A DNA stretch of 64,000 nucleotides from contig NW_024704764.1 of assembly GCF_018977255.1 (NCBI RefSeq), forward strand, positions 7,440,001 to 7,504,000, read 5' to 3'. This document shows positions 43,472 to 55,500 of the stretch, in pieces; position 1 is the first letter of the stretch, and every line of letters starts with the position of its first letter. The DNA comes from Callorhinchus milii. Its lineage: Eukaryota. The notes under the pieces were generated by a model. That model was not told the DNA's origin. It saw nothing but the letters and a program-made list of their open reading frames with translations, and searched no databases. Made by a program: the position numbers and the translations under genes.

Positions 43472-43683
43472 GCCCTAACTGTTTTGCAGGAAACATCATT
43501 ATCCCTGCTGGTGTGAAAGTGGAAATGAATGCGACTACGCTTTGCTACTGCCCATACAAGGATGGCTCCTGGGAACCCCAGCAGCAAGCTACCTGCATTG
43601 CACGCGGCAGAAGGAATGTCCATCATGATATTCGGAAGGACAGCCACGTGGATTTGTGGAGAGAATGGGAAGAGGTACCGTAG
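43472..43683 (+). CDS. Brorin/VWC2-family coding exon 3 to stop
   Basis: GPNCFAGNIIIPAGVKVEMNATTLCYCPYKDGSWEPQQQATC...EEVP*. Confidence 0.92.
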
Positions 43684-44771
43684 CCCCATTTCCTGTGCTA
43701 CGCTGCTCCCCGAGCAGAAACAAGCATTTAAACTTACTGTCGGCAATTGTGGCTAAAACTGCGGGTCAAGTTCCCCCGTACAATGTCTCTTAGTAGCTAT
43801 CGTTCGGAGTCAAACGTGCTTTTCTGTTGTCTGTTACTGATGAACAGCTTATGGGTGTTCCAGTCACATACCTGTGCTCATGTGTAATGTATCGTTGCTG
43901 GATACGGATTCAAAACCTTCCACACTTTTTACAGATTGCTGGGCATTTATTGTAAAAAAAATAAAAGTTGTTCGGTGGTAGATACATTTGAACAGAGTTG
44001 TTGCAAAGTCCACGCATGAACTTTTTTTTGCACTGCCTGGAATTCATGATAAATAACAATAAAGAATGCCCCTGTACCATAAGCTTTATGTAAATTGGTA
44101 TCGTCCTGTAGTCTCCAATTATTGGCCAAATATGACCATGATACAACTATTTAATGTTATAAATATTATCTGGTTTCTCACTGAGTTTGTGACATCAGGA
44201 CAGTACACCATCACTGTGGTGCAGGACTAGAATGCACGCATTCAATCGTTCAAATACTCTGCACAGACGAGTGATTTAGTCATGGTAACATAATGAACAG
44301 CGAGATGCAGTTTCGCTGTGAGTGGAGAGAGCTGGAGGAGAACTTAGTGTAGAACAATTCAAATCCTGATATCTGATGCTTAGTTCAACGATCATACAAT
44401 AGGTTTGAATAATGAAAGGACTGTCTGACAGAGCTTCATGCTAACATTGAACATTAGACAACGTGCAGATAAGTAGACAAGTCAGGTTTATAGGATGGTC
44501 ATTAAATGCAGGTTGCAACAATTTGAATCTTATTAGCAGAGCATTTACATTCAGAAATTTTCACAGCCATGTGTTTTCAACTATTGCCCCTGGTATAGAT
44601 ACTAGTAATTATTACAGTGTGTACAAATACATCTTGTGGGACAGTAATCTTACCAATAGCAGGGCTTATTTGGGCACAACAGGTGAAATTATTGTTTTGT
44701 TAAGAGAGCAGCACTGATCCTTCAAATGAATATCACATCAGAAGGCTAGATTTATGCAGGGGGGGCACATG

Positions 44772-44869
44772 CTAACACGCTGTGGCTCCATAGAAATTAA
44801 TCCTGATACTGGTACAGGGCAAGCAGTTCACATCGTTAGTGGGGCTGTACATCCCATGATCGCAAACAA
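44772..44869 (-). CDS. ZPBP2: ZPBP2 exon 8 to stop
   Basis: VVCDHGMYSPTNDVNCLPCTSIRINFYGATAC*. Confidence 0.92.
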
Positions 44870-47800
44870 CTGTGGAAGAAAAAGCAAAGACAAGTATTTA
44901 GTGTTCCCAGCAACGGAAATATTCTCATTTCAACAAAACGCCTTCCTAGATATTCAACACAAAACCTCTTCCGACTGTTTGGAAATTCCATTACAAAAGC
45001 ATAGCCTAAAGGTGAGATAGCTCAGTGATCTAACTCACAGCTACACAAGTGAAAGTTCCTCATGGTCTTAGCCTGTGCAGCCATTTTGTCTTCAAATTTA
45101 AGATGAGTGGGGAATTTTTAAATTTGGAAGCCAATTGTACAGTTCTTAAAAATAAACCAACCTCCAAATGAGGTTCAAATTTAATAATATTCCACATTCT
45201 GTACTATCTTAGATTTTAAGACAAGGTGAGGACAAGTGGAATTGCAGGCCTGGCATGTGGGTATGTTCCAAAAGCAATCTCATTAGTCTCACAATTGCTA
45301 TGGACATATGCAGAGAATTGTTAAGAAACTCCATTCTACTTTCAAATAATGCCATGGGGTCATTAACATCCAACAACAACAAATTACAAATGTACGTAAC
45401 AGGCTGGCAGAACCTTTGGTTTAACATCTCATCCGAAGGATAGCACCCGCAAAATGCCGTGCTCCACAGGACTGCACTGGAGTGACAGCCTAGATTTTGT
45501 GAGTTGGAGATTCGTATGCGGGGCTTGAACCCACAACCTTCTAACTCAGAGGAGAGAGTGCTGCCAAAATGAGCCAGGCTGACATCTAAGATGTGTATAA
45601 AACACGCTGTCCGTTAATCATCTTTCCCCTCTGTGAGTTCCCAGCCTCTCTGATACCTCTTCCGAGGTCCAGTGAGCTGGTTGCACCCAGCATGAACAGG
45701 AAATAGATTGTGTTGGAGCTGCGTTCCCACAGGTAGGTGTAATGTAATTCTGATTAACGGAAGAATGCCTTATTAAGAAATGGCACTGTATTCTAGTTGA
45801 GTTGGGATATAAGTAACCTAAATAGCAATCAAGACTCACCACAGCATTCGGAGCAATCTGAATGAGTGATCTTATTCTTCCCAAACCCAGGGCGACAGTG
45901 GTCTACTCGTGACACTTGCAGAGAGTTGTCAATGTAGTAGAAGGTGGGCAGTGCATTTTTCATTCCTGCCAATACAATGCTCTGCTTCATAAAGAAAGCT
46001 TGCACACGATTCCGAGCCTAAAACACAATCACACACAGGCTACTATTGTATGTTGCTAAGCTCTTGTGCTAGTGAACCAGTTCCCACTCCTTAACATTAG
46101 TGCATAGCTAGTGGCTCCCACCTCAACGCTACAGCCTCCAGACCCTAAAGCCCAGCTCGAGGCCCCAGAATTTAGCTTCCAGAGCTTAGCTCCCGATCCC
46201 AAACCAACCTCCAACTCCCAGAGCTCAGCCCCTGGCCCCCAAATCCTCCTCAACATACATTCTCTACTCTTCTGTTAAGTTCATCTTGACAGTTATGTTC
46301 GAGTTTTTTGCACAATGCTTCCCATCCATTGGCAAAAGGATCAACTGCAAATTTGAAGAAGAAAGAAATTATTACTTTTTTAGTTGGTGGTTGATCTTTC
46401 ATGGATTCTAACAAATTTAATATTAAGAGACAACTGCAACATGGGCTAGACATGAGTACTTTGGACCAGTCATTTGCAAAAGTCTTAACACTCTTACACA
46501 CATTACATTATTGTTAACATAATGGAATGTGTTTATGTCTGTTATGTAAACCCCTTGTGGTTACCGGAGTGTTCCTGTGTGTTTCGGTCTGTGTTGGCCA
46601 ACTATGCGATTTTAGCAGGTTAAACTAGCAGTCACCCCAATGCACACTCTGTGGTTCCCAAGCCTTGGCTCTTGCCAACCTGCTTCTAATACTCTCTGGA
46701 ATTAGGTAAGAAGTAATGTGCACTTCAATCCAGAAATGGGAATTTCCACTGTGCATAGAACTCAATTTGTTTTGGATACTCTTAAGCATAATGATAGGTT
46801 TCCATATGTATCAGACACCTGGCTGACCAAACAAAAAATTGTCCATATTGTAAGCTTCTTGTCGTAACAGACATGTTCCCATGAGTTTCTGTCTTAGTTA
46901 CAAGTGAGTTCCTATGTATTTTTTTCAGCATTCTTCTTTATCTACTGACATATTCAGTTAATTAAATACTCTAAAACGACACAAACATACTTCAACCTTT
47001 CAGACAACATTAAGAGTGCTTTACAGATACAAACAGTAATATGAAAATCACCTCTGAAATTAATGAAGAGCTCGGTTACAAGGCCTTTGTGTGGTACTCT
47101 AACGACATGGCAATGCATCCTGATGTCAGATATTCTGCAGGCTAGATCATCAATCAACTCTTTTTCCACTGAATTTAACTTGTGAAAGAACTGACTGTTA
47201 GCAGGCTCATGGCAACCTTTGGTGTGATAGCGGGTCGCAAACATAAACGAATAATCGGGCTCACGATAAGCTGGAAGAGTTCAATAAAAAGTTTCTTTAT
47301 GAGAACTTCTGGGAATGAATAATACCAAAGTATTCTTATAAATGATAATAATAACAACAATCCTTGCATTTGTTATGGCACCTTTCAAGTCAGAAGATCT
47401 CAAATTGCTTCACAGGATTTACTGCAGTGATTATGTATTTTGTAGGTGAAATGTGGCAGCCAATTTGATCACGAACAGCTATGACACGAAGGACCAAATG
47501 GAGCATCGTTGGGATAAGCTCCCTTCTCTTTTTAAGTAGTATGAAAACAAAAAAAAGGAAGTCATTTTCATGCCTCATTCAAAGCAGAACCTCCTAAAAT
47601 GCAGTGCTGCCCCAGTATTGTATTGGAGTCAGCCCAGATTGAGTTCAAAATCCCAATTTGGGCCTTCACAATCCACAAACGTTTAACTCAAGAGTTGATC
47701 CAGGCTGACACCTAAATAAGACCTTATGATAAGGTAGAATTAAGAACCTGTGAATGAAACAGCACTGAAAGCTCACTGCCATTGAATGCATTTGCATCCG

Positions 47801-50800
47801 TGCTGTGTAGGCAGCAATACTGTCCTGTATGGGCAGGTGCCCTATCCTGTGGAGGCAGCAGCACTTATCTATGCTTGTGTAGGCATACTGTGCCATCTCA
47901 GATTCAGTTAGGCCAGTATCCTCTGCATAAACTTAGTTTATTCTAATAAAGGCCATTTTAAGCATTCAAAAATGATAAGCAGAAATCCAAGATGGTAGTG
48001 GCCAGGCTTTAAAGACCGGCTATGATTATTCAGAAATGAGGGACTATGAGGGTGAATAGATATTTCAAAACACTTTTTTTAAGCAACCATTACTCCTTAA
48101 ATACGGAACGGAACTTGTTTAGGAAAGCTGCAGTTTTCACTTCATGGTGTTTTCTGCGGAGGACTTTCCAAGGGGAAAGCTGAAAGAGACCTGGAGGGGG
48201 TTTGCGGTGAGGGGGTTAGTTAACTCATTATTTACCATACACTGAGAATTTCATATCAAGGAATATTTCTTTCTTCTTTTCAATATTCTTGTAGGAAACT
48301 GTACAGGTATAGTCTCCCGACATGAACTTTCTGAATGATTTCAATATGAGTCGTCCTGTTTCAGTGATCTTCGCATAGGACTCCCCTGAAATGCAGCACA
48401 AACAATGCTGTGAGAAAAATAATGTTTAAAAAGGTCACCACCCTTTGACTCATTAAAAAAAACAGCTTAAGGCTCTGATGGGACAGCGAGCGGTAGGGTG
48501 GGTGGAGGCATGAGATCATATGGGCCGAAGGGCCATATGATTTTTTTTTACAAAAAAATTAAGTAAAACACATTTTTATTTTAACTCTCAATTGTGCCAC
48601 TTAACTGGTAATTTAGAATTCCAACAAAGTGCAGAAACCCTTGTAACAGGTTCCCAAGGTGCCTTGCAATGCTAATTACAATTACTGTTGTGTGAGTAAT
48701 GGTAAAAATGTGTTAAAACAACGTAACACAGAGTCTCTGCAGATTGAACCTCACCATCAACTGCAAAACAGCAGTAATGAAACAACTGGCAGGCCACTAT
48801 AAAATATCTACAACCTTTCGATGAAAAAGCTCCACTAATTCATTCCCACCTACTTTCTAACCACACAGTAAAACAACTTACACAATGTTAATGATGATAT
48901 CAACAAATTGTCTGTCCTGCCATGTGCACAAGGTTTGGCTGAAGCCCTGGAAAAGTTAAAGAGCATCTTACCTTTTATATTTTTTCCAGATGGTCCAATC
49001 CATATAAAATATGGATCTATTAATTCATGCTCTTTAAGATCCTCAGTTGTACAGAGAAGAATTGGACTGTCATGGTAAATCTTCACATAAACTTTTACTT
49101 GAAAAAAAAGTTAATAATTATTGTCATATGATATAACTTGATGTTAAACATTAAAGTTCTTGGGAAAAGTATCTTTATTAGCCAGGAATCATGTGTCTGT
49201 CCTTCCCTGTGGAGAATATTTGTTCTCCCTCCCTGTATGAGGTAATTAGCCTTCTCCCTGTGGAGATTACATAGTCTTTTTTAGGGTGATAGTAGACGTG
49301 TTTTCTGCTCTGATGTTGAAATTCGCTTTGTGAGATACACTTATAGGATTATGAACTATAAGTGGCATTTTCACGAAGTGAAATGCTGCCTGTTCACATT
49401 GGAGAAATGTTTTTGAATCTAAACTTAGCTGGACACTAAACGAGAATACTCCAAGTAGCAGTCCAGCAAGTTACTTCACGGGAAATGGGAGGCATCACTG
49501 AAAAAGTACATCAACTGGAAACTTAAATCCTCAAATTATCTTTGATATACTGTGTGTAGAAAAGCCCCTGCTTGAATCAGTCTTACTTTTAAGTTACCTG
49601 GTTTGCTGTTGCTGCTGCCGAAAATTTTTGAAACAGATCTGTCAGTTCCATTTTTTTTGACTTGAGGATCAGTGGGCGCACCAACTTTCACTGCATGTAA
49701 CAAAGTTTAAAACTGTAACTAATTTTATTTATCCGCTTGAAAAACACTTATGTTTATTTTCAATATTTTTGAATTGAAGAGTGTTAAAGAACCAGACGTG
49801 AAACACGTTATATCAAATGTATCAAAATGTAAGGATTATTATTGTACCTCAATTGGCTGCTCATATTATTTTGTTTATAAAACATTGGTTACATAGATCA
49901 GCTGCTACATCTGTTTGTATTAACATTCACTTAATTTCCATTCAATTATATTTTGTAAACCTCGGATACATTTGTTTTTCAACGTGAAAAGAACTTTATT
50001 AACAAGTTTTTGTTGCGGGAACGTTACCCGCTCTTCCAAAATACTTGTAATGTTTTGGTTGAAACGTGGCTCAACCTGGCTCAGTTGGTCAGACTCTCAC
50101 CTCTGAATCAGAAGGTTCTGGGTGTCAAGCCCCGAGTCGGGTCTTTAAACTCATGGTACTCTTTGACACGCCATACGTTACTCGAGAAGAGAAGTGAATG
50201 TCTCCTGGCGTCCTGGCCAACAGCAGCCCCAAATAACACCAGTCGCTCACTCACTTCATGGCGGTTCGTTGGGACACCGCCGTACCCAAATCGGTTTCTC
50301 GGTTTGCCCGCAAAATACAAAGCCACCGCACTTTCAACGGTAAAAGCGCTCGGTGTGAGCACTTTTCCCTGCATTCGATACGGCGTCTTACCACGTCGGC
50401 GCGACGTCTCAAAGCGCTTCGCGGTAATCCGCCAGGGCGGCAGCCGGCCGCGTGCAGCGGCGACCCACAGACCGCCGCGGCGCCAAGGGACCAAATTATT
50501 AACTCGATAAGGTTTAGCGCTTCGACCTCATGACTTCAGCCTAAACACCGTCCACCCCAAGGCGGTCAGCTTGGGGTGGGGGGGGGGGGCGGGGGTGAAT
50601 GGGGGGGTGGTGCGTACCCGCGTCTCTCCCTCTTCCGGACCCGACGCGCCTTTGACCCCCACACGGGGGTCAGAGTCGCGCTTCGCCTTCGACCTGTTGA
50701 CTTTCAAAACACCCGGGAAACTTCCCCTCCTCGCGCCGCTGGCCGAAGGGTCTCTCTTCGTCCCCACCCACCACCACCACCATTACCGTGACCCCTCACC

Positions 50801-51073
50801 CCCCGGGGGTTACACACATATACACACAGTCCCAGAAACAGGAGGAGGCCATTCAGGCCCTCGGGCCTTGTTCCGCCATTTTATAAGATCACGGCTGACC
50901 AGTACCTCGAGTGACCTTCCCCTCCCATCCCTGACCGCACGAGTATCTCTCTCTCTCTCCCTCTCTCTCTCTCTCTCCACCGCCACCTTACCTAAAGCGG
51001 TGGAGAGAAGGATATTGTAGACGGCGAACGCGAGCAGTTTGCGGTGCCGGTGACCGGGCAGCTCTCTCCTCAT
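44772..51073 (-). CDS. ZPBP2: Zona pellucida-binding protein 2, whole gene span (8 exons, 343 aa)
   Basis: Eight AG/GT exons total 1032 nt in frame. Ig-like and Sp38 motifs: IDPYFIWIGP, AYREPDYS, VDPFANGW, CRPGFGKN. Head-to-head with an Ikaros-family gene. Confidence 0.9.
45840..46017 (-). CDS. ZPBP2: ZPBP2 exon 7
   Basis: ARNRVQAFFMKQ...LPTFYYIDNSLQVSRVDHCRPGFGKNKITHSDCSECC. Confidence 0.93.
46259..46344 (-). CDS. ZPBP2: ZPBP2 exon 6
   Basis: VDPFANGWEALCKKLEHNCQDELNRRVEN. Confidence 0.92.
47052..47270 (-). CDS. ZPBP2: ZPBP2 exon 5
   Basis: AYREPDYSFMFATRYHTKGC...DLACRI...CHVVRVPHKGLVTELFINFR. Confidence 0.93.
48236..48385 (-). CDS. ZPBP2: ZPBP2 exon 4
   Basis: GESYAKITETGRLILKSFRKFMSGDYTCTVSYK...KFSVY. 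Confidence 0.92.
48972..49097 (-). CDS. ZPBP2: ZPBP2 exon 3
   Basis: VKVYVKIYHDSPILLCTTEDLKEHELIDPYFIWIGPSGKNIK. Confidence 0.92.
49598..49690 (-). CDS. ZPBP2: ZPBP2 exon 2
   Basis: VKVGAPTDPQVKKNGTDRSVSKIFGSSNSKP; phase 1-1. Confidence 0.78.
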
Positions 51074-51880
51074 CGTCGTCGTCAGCGCCTCTTTTTTTTC
51101 GTCGTCTCTCTCTGGTTGGCCGACAGGACGGCGCGGCCTCGCACCAACCGCCAACCGCACGCGCCGCCGTCGACCGCCCGCCCGCGCCTGCGCACGCGCA
51201 CTGCCTCGGGTGGGAACGCCCGGACGTCACCGCGCATGCGCCCGGGCGGGGGGGAGGGTGGGGGGGAGCACTTCGCCTGCGCGTGATTTTGTGAAAGCGG
51301 GAAAGAGAAAGCACGTGATGGGGGGGAGGGGGGGAAGCGGGAAAGAGCACTGCGTCTGCGCCTGCGCCATCCGCCCCCGCGCACCAACACGCGCGCGCGC
51401 TTGAACCCCCCCCCTCCCACTTCCCCCCCTCCCTCGCATTCGATCGCTCATTCATGACAGCAGTCACGTGCCCGACCCTTTCGCCCCGCCCCATAGTTTT
51501 TCCCCGCCTCCTGCCCCGCCCGCTTGCCCCACCCTCGGCCCCGCCCCCTACCCCTGCGCCGCCCCCTCCTCTACCCCGCCTCCTGCCCCGCCTCCTCTCC
51601 TGCCCCGCCCCCTGCCCCGCCCCCCTCCCCGCCCCCTCAGCAAGCATTTCCAGGCGTCCGCCGGCCGGTCTGACGTCACCGCGCACAAATATCCCAGCTA
51701 CGTCTGGCGTCACGGGAGGGAGGGAGGGAAAGGCGCGCCGTGGGATTCTCCCGCCCTTCCGCGCGGTGTGAATGTATCCATGTGAATGGGGGCAGAGCGG
51801 CAGCACGTGGAGCCGCGAGGAGAGAGCAGGTCAGCCTCGCACACAGCACAGCCCCCGGGCACACGGCGGGGCCGGGAATG
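50250..51880. promoter_or_regulatory. CpG island / bidirectional promoter between ZPBP2 and the Ikaros-family gene
   Basis: Very CpG-rich. NRF1-type motifs GCGCCTGCGC (51184, 51358) and GCGCATGCGC (51232), CRE TGACGTCA (51671), CACGTG boxes, and many CCCCGCCC GC boxes at 51480-51640. Confidence 0.85.
50992..51073 (-). CDS. ZPBP2: ZPBP2 exon 1 (signal peptide)
   Basis: MRRELPGHRHRKLLAFAVYNILLSTAL then donor GTAAGG; phase 1. Confidence 0.72.
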
Positions 51881-51889
51881 GGGGGGGTT

Positions 51890-52370
51890 CTGTGTGTTGG
51901 AGGTGTGTGTGTGTGTGTGTGTTGTGGGGGGTCTGTGTGTGTGTGTGTGTTGGGGGTGTGTGTGTGTTGTGGGGGGTGTTGTGGGGGGGCTGTGTGTTGT
52001 GGGGTGTTGGGGGGTTGTGTGTGTGTGTGTTGTGGGGGTTGTGTGTGTGTGNNNNNNNNNNNNNNNNNNNNNNNNNNNNNNNNNNNNNNNNNNNNNNNNN
52101 NNNNNNNNNNNNNNNNNNNNNNNNNNNNNNNNNNNNNNNNNNNNNNNNNNNNNNNNNNNNNNNNNNNNNNNNNNNNNNNNNNNNNNNNNNNNNNNNNNNN
52201 NNNNNNNNNNNNNNNNNNNNNNNNGGTGAGGGGTGTTGTGTGGGGGGGGCTGTGTGTTGGGGGGTGTTGTGTGTGTTGGGGGGTGTTGTGTGTGTTGGGG
52301 GGTGTTGTGTGTGTTGGGTGTTGTGTGTGTGTGTGTGGGGGGGTGTTGTGTGTGTGTGGGGGGGGGTGTA
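51890..52370. repeat. (GT/GGT) low-complexity tract around N gap 52052-52224
   Basis: Read directly from the sequence. Confidence 0.9.
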
Positions 52371-52389
52371 TTGGTTATTTTTTCTCCAG

Positions 52390-52507
52390 GATGAGTTGGA
52401 AGCCATAATAATCGTTGCATTTGGATAAATAGACTGAATGACTTTAGGTTTCCAGGGACAGGAGCCCCATCATTGGAAAAGGAAAACTGTTTTGAGAGTT
52501 GTCAAAA
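52390..52507 (+). other. Candidate 5'-UTR exon of the Ikaros-family gene
   Basis: Strong acceptor tttttctccag and donor gtaagt in unique sequence. An upstream candidate donor CAG|GTCAGC lies at 51829. Confidence 0.45.
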
Positions 52508-55500
52508 GTAAGTGTGTGTGTGAGTGAGTTTTTTAAAAAATATATATACATATATATCCAGACCCCGAGGGATTTAATTAATTGGTTAAAGCAGGATGTG
52601 TTGTGTGTGTGTGTGTGTGTGTGTGTTGTGTGTTAATTAATGTTGATCATGAAAGCTCGTGTAGGTGGCGTCGTAAAATCACGTAGATTACAAACGGGTT
52701 AAATCAGATCAATTAGACGGTATGTCAGATGAAGTGCGAGTGCGCGAGTGTGTTTTTTTTAAAAAAGAAGAAAAAACGCGCGCGTTTGTGTCGTGGACAC
52801 TGAACCCCACGTATTACTGATTAACAGCGTCGAAACCGCCTTTGACGGAGGGCTTTGTACACTTTGGAACGTGATGGCGTTCAGTGATAGTCGGAGAGAG
52901 AAAACGTGCAGCAAAGTGGTGATTTGTGGCCAAAGTCGTTTGAGCGACAAAGTGCACGTTTGGAGAGGTTGATTTGTTACAAGTCTTGGTGGTTGGCTGT
53001 GGGATTTCACGAGCTCATCTTTTTTTTTTCCAACCCCCCCCCCCACCCCTGTTGTTGCTCTGCTCCCATCGGGACGTTTCTTTGGGTTGCTATCATTTGA
53101 ATAATGCACTGTATTATTTACCTGGTGACCCATATGGTGTGTGTGTGTGTGTGTGTGTGCGCGCGTTACAGTATTGGTGATTGCAAGTCTACCTCTGTCA
53201 CATCGGAAATATCCATGTCCTTTTCAGCTGAGGAAATAAAAAAAAATGACACGTACAGTAGTTCTTTCTTTCAAGGTTCGATAAGATCAGACTCTTCTCG
53301 AGAATCACTCTACTGGAGTTCAACCGATAGCAGTGTTTATCTCGGTTGGGTTTATTAGACTCATTGCAGTGTTTCAAAGAATGAGTTCACGGTGCCTATA
53401 AGAGTGTCTGTACTTACGAGCACTTAAAAGAGCTGTAACGGTTGGTGAAAAGTAATTCAGCAATGTAAGCTTAACCATCTGCGCTGCTCACATGCAATGA
53501 ATGTTACTCTACTTATTGGGATGTAACGCGTTAGTTTAGTAAGCGTTGGATTACTTATTGGGATGCAGTGTAATTTTTTTTAAAAAAAAGAGAGATCGGC
53601 CAAGCCCTTCAAATGCGATGTTCTTCTCGAGAATTGTTTCTGGAGCTGATAGACCGTTGAGCTGCTTCCTCTGGGATACGAGGGAGACGCGGCTTTGGGA
53701 ATCTGCCCACGGAAGATGGGGCTAAAAGAATCCAAAGTGTGGATCCATCCCCAAACGGTAGACCCATGAAAGTAGATTCAAAATAACTTGTGACTACAGT
53801 TCAGGATAGACTGAACGGGTCGATCTCAACCAGGAACAAGTTGATAGACAATAACTTTACAAGCAGAAGCAAGTTAATGGCTAATAACTCTTCATTTGTA
53901 ATCAGTATTTTGATGCTTTCGGCTGGTATCTTTGTTGACTGAAGTGTTGACTTACTCTGGTGCTTTCCAAGCCGCGACAGTAAGGGAGGATTTCTGTGAA
54001 TTTCTACAGATTCTGTTAAAACTGCTCAGCTGCTTTGCATCACCATCCAAATTTAGACTTTAATTATTCAACCACCGGTATAGGAGGCCATTTTGAGGAT
54101 CGATTACAACGGACAGCAACTTTGCACTTCATATTATTGTGATAAAAATGAGAGCGAGAGGGTATTTAGCTTTCCTCAAGACACAGCTCATGAAATAATA
54201 GAATTTTTAAGGGGCATTTCACGTTGAGACGACTTATCAAACTGCAACTGCGTGTGTGTGTGTGTGTGTGTGCATATATGGTAGGGTGCGGGTGCGGGTG
54301 GGGGGAGAGCCGGTCGAAAAAGGAAGTTTGACCTGCTTTGTACAGCTCAATGGGTAATGCTGCACTCGCTGGTCTATTGGGGGAGCACGATGGGACCTTA
54401 ATTAAGGCTACAAGAACAAGAGGAGGCCATTCATCCGGTTTATGGCAGATCTTTCAGTTCCATCTCCAAGCATTGAACTCCTTTTTAACCGTCTCAATTG
54501 ATCGGCCTGGACGGCCCTCTGGAGCAGTGCCATCCAAATTCTCACAGCATTCGTGTGAATGCATCGGTTCACAAAGACACTTTGGAATTATTATAGCAGG
54601 TTGAGTAACTGAATTATAGTCGTCGATAAATTAGAAAATTACACTGGAGATGTGAAGGAGGAGTACCAAACGTTGCTATTTATGTAGTCAACTTTCTCAG
54701 ACCTGGTTGCGGGTTTAGCTTTCTTATTAAGTGCTTTGTGGCTGCAGACTGTCTGAGGAAAGAGAGAAGCAGAGTGCTGACCAGTAGTGTGAATGCAGTT
54801 CCATTAAATAAAAGTTGCTTAAAAAAAAAAGTGCGTTGAAAGAACCAAACAAATGAGAGAAAAACAACAAGATATTGAAAGCAAGTCGAAGAGAAAACAA
54901 GGCGACAAAGCAAAGCAGGGGGAAATGATTTGATTTAAAAAATAATACTATTTTGAGAAGGATATGCAAAGATTTGGCTTTCAAGTTCGAGATGAGCAAA
55001 GCGCTCGCGGACCAGTCAATGAGTGGAGTGAGGACGGATCGGGGCTGCAAATGGAAGGTAAAATGCTACACCTGCTGGAAATCTGAAACCGAAGTCGCTT
55101 TGGGCGCACGCGGCAGGTCGGGCAGCATGAAAGAGAGGAAAGCGAGTTAACGTTTTTAGATCGATGACCTTTCATCAGAACGATGACCTTTCTGCTGGAT
55201 GCAGTCCGTGGGTCGTTCTCGATAACACTTAGATCCTGGTGTAAGATGACCCTCCGTTGCAGTGCAGGGGCGGTGGGTGGTGTGGCACTGTCAGGGTTGC
55301 CGTCCGTTGGATGGGGCGTTAAACTGAGGTCCCACTGCCTTTTCATGTGGTCAGCAAAGATCCCACGCACTATTCGAAAAGTGAAGGGAGTTTCTCCCAC
55401 TTTACAGACCAACAAATCCCCCCCACCCCAATAAAATTGTTCACTCACTCCATGGTTGCTGTTGGCACATTACTCTTTGCAAACTGTCCGCCGCATTTCG

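Noticed and set aside
50988-51806. GC-rich 272-aa ORF and others in the CpG island
   Set aside because: Stop-poor GC-rich promoter DNA. Only 50992-51073, in a different frame, fits the ZPBP2 signal exon.
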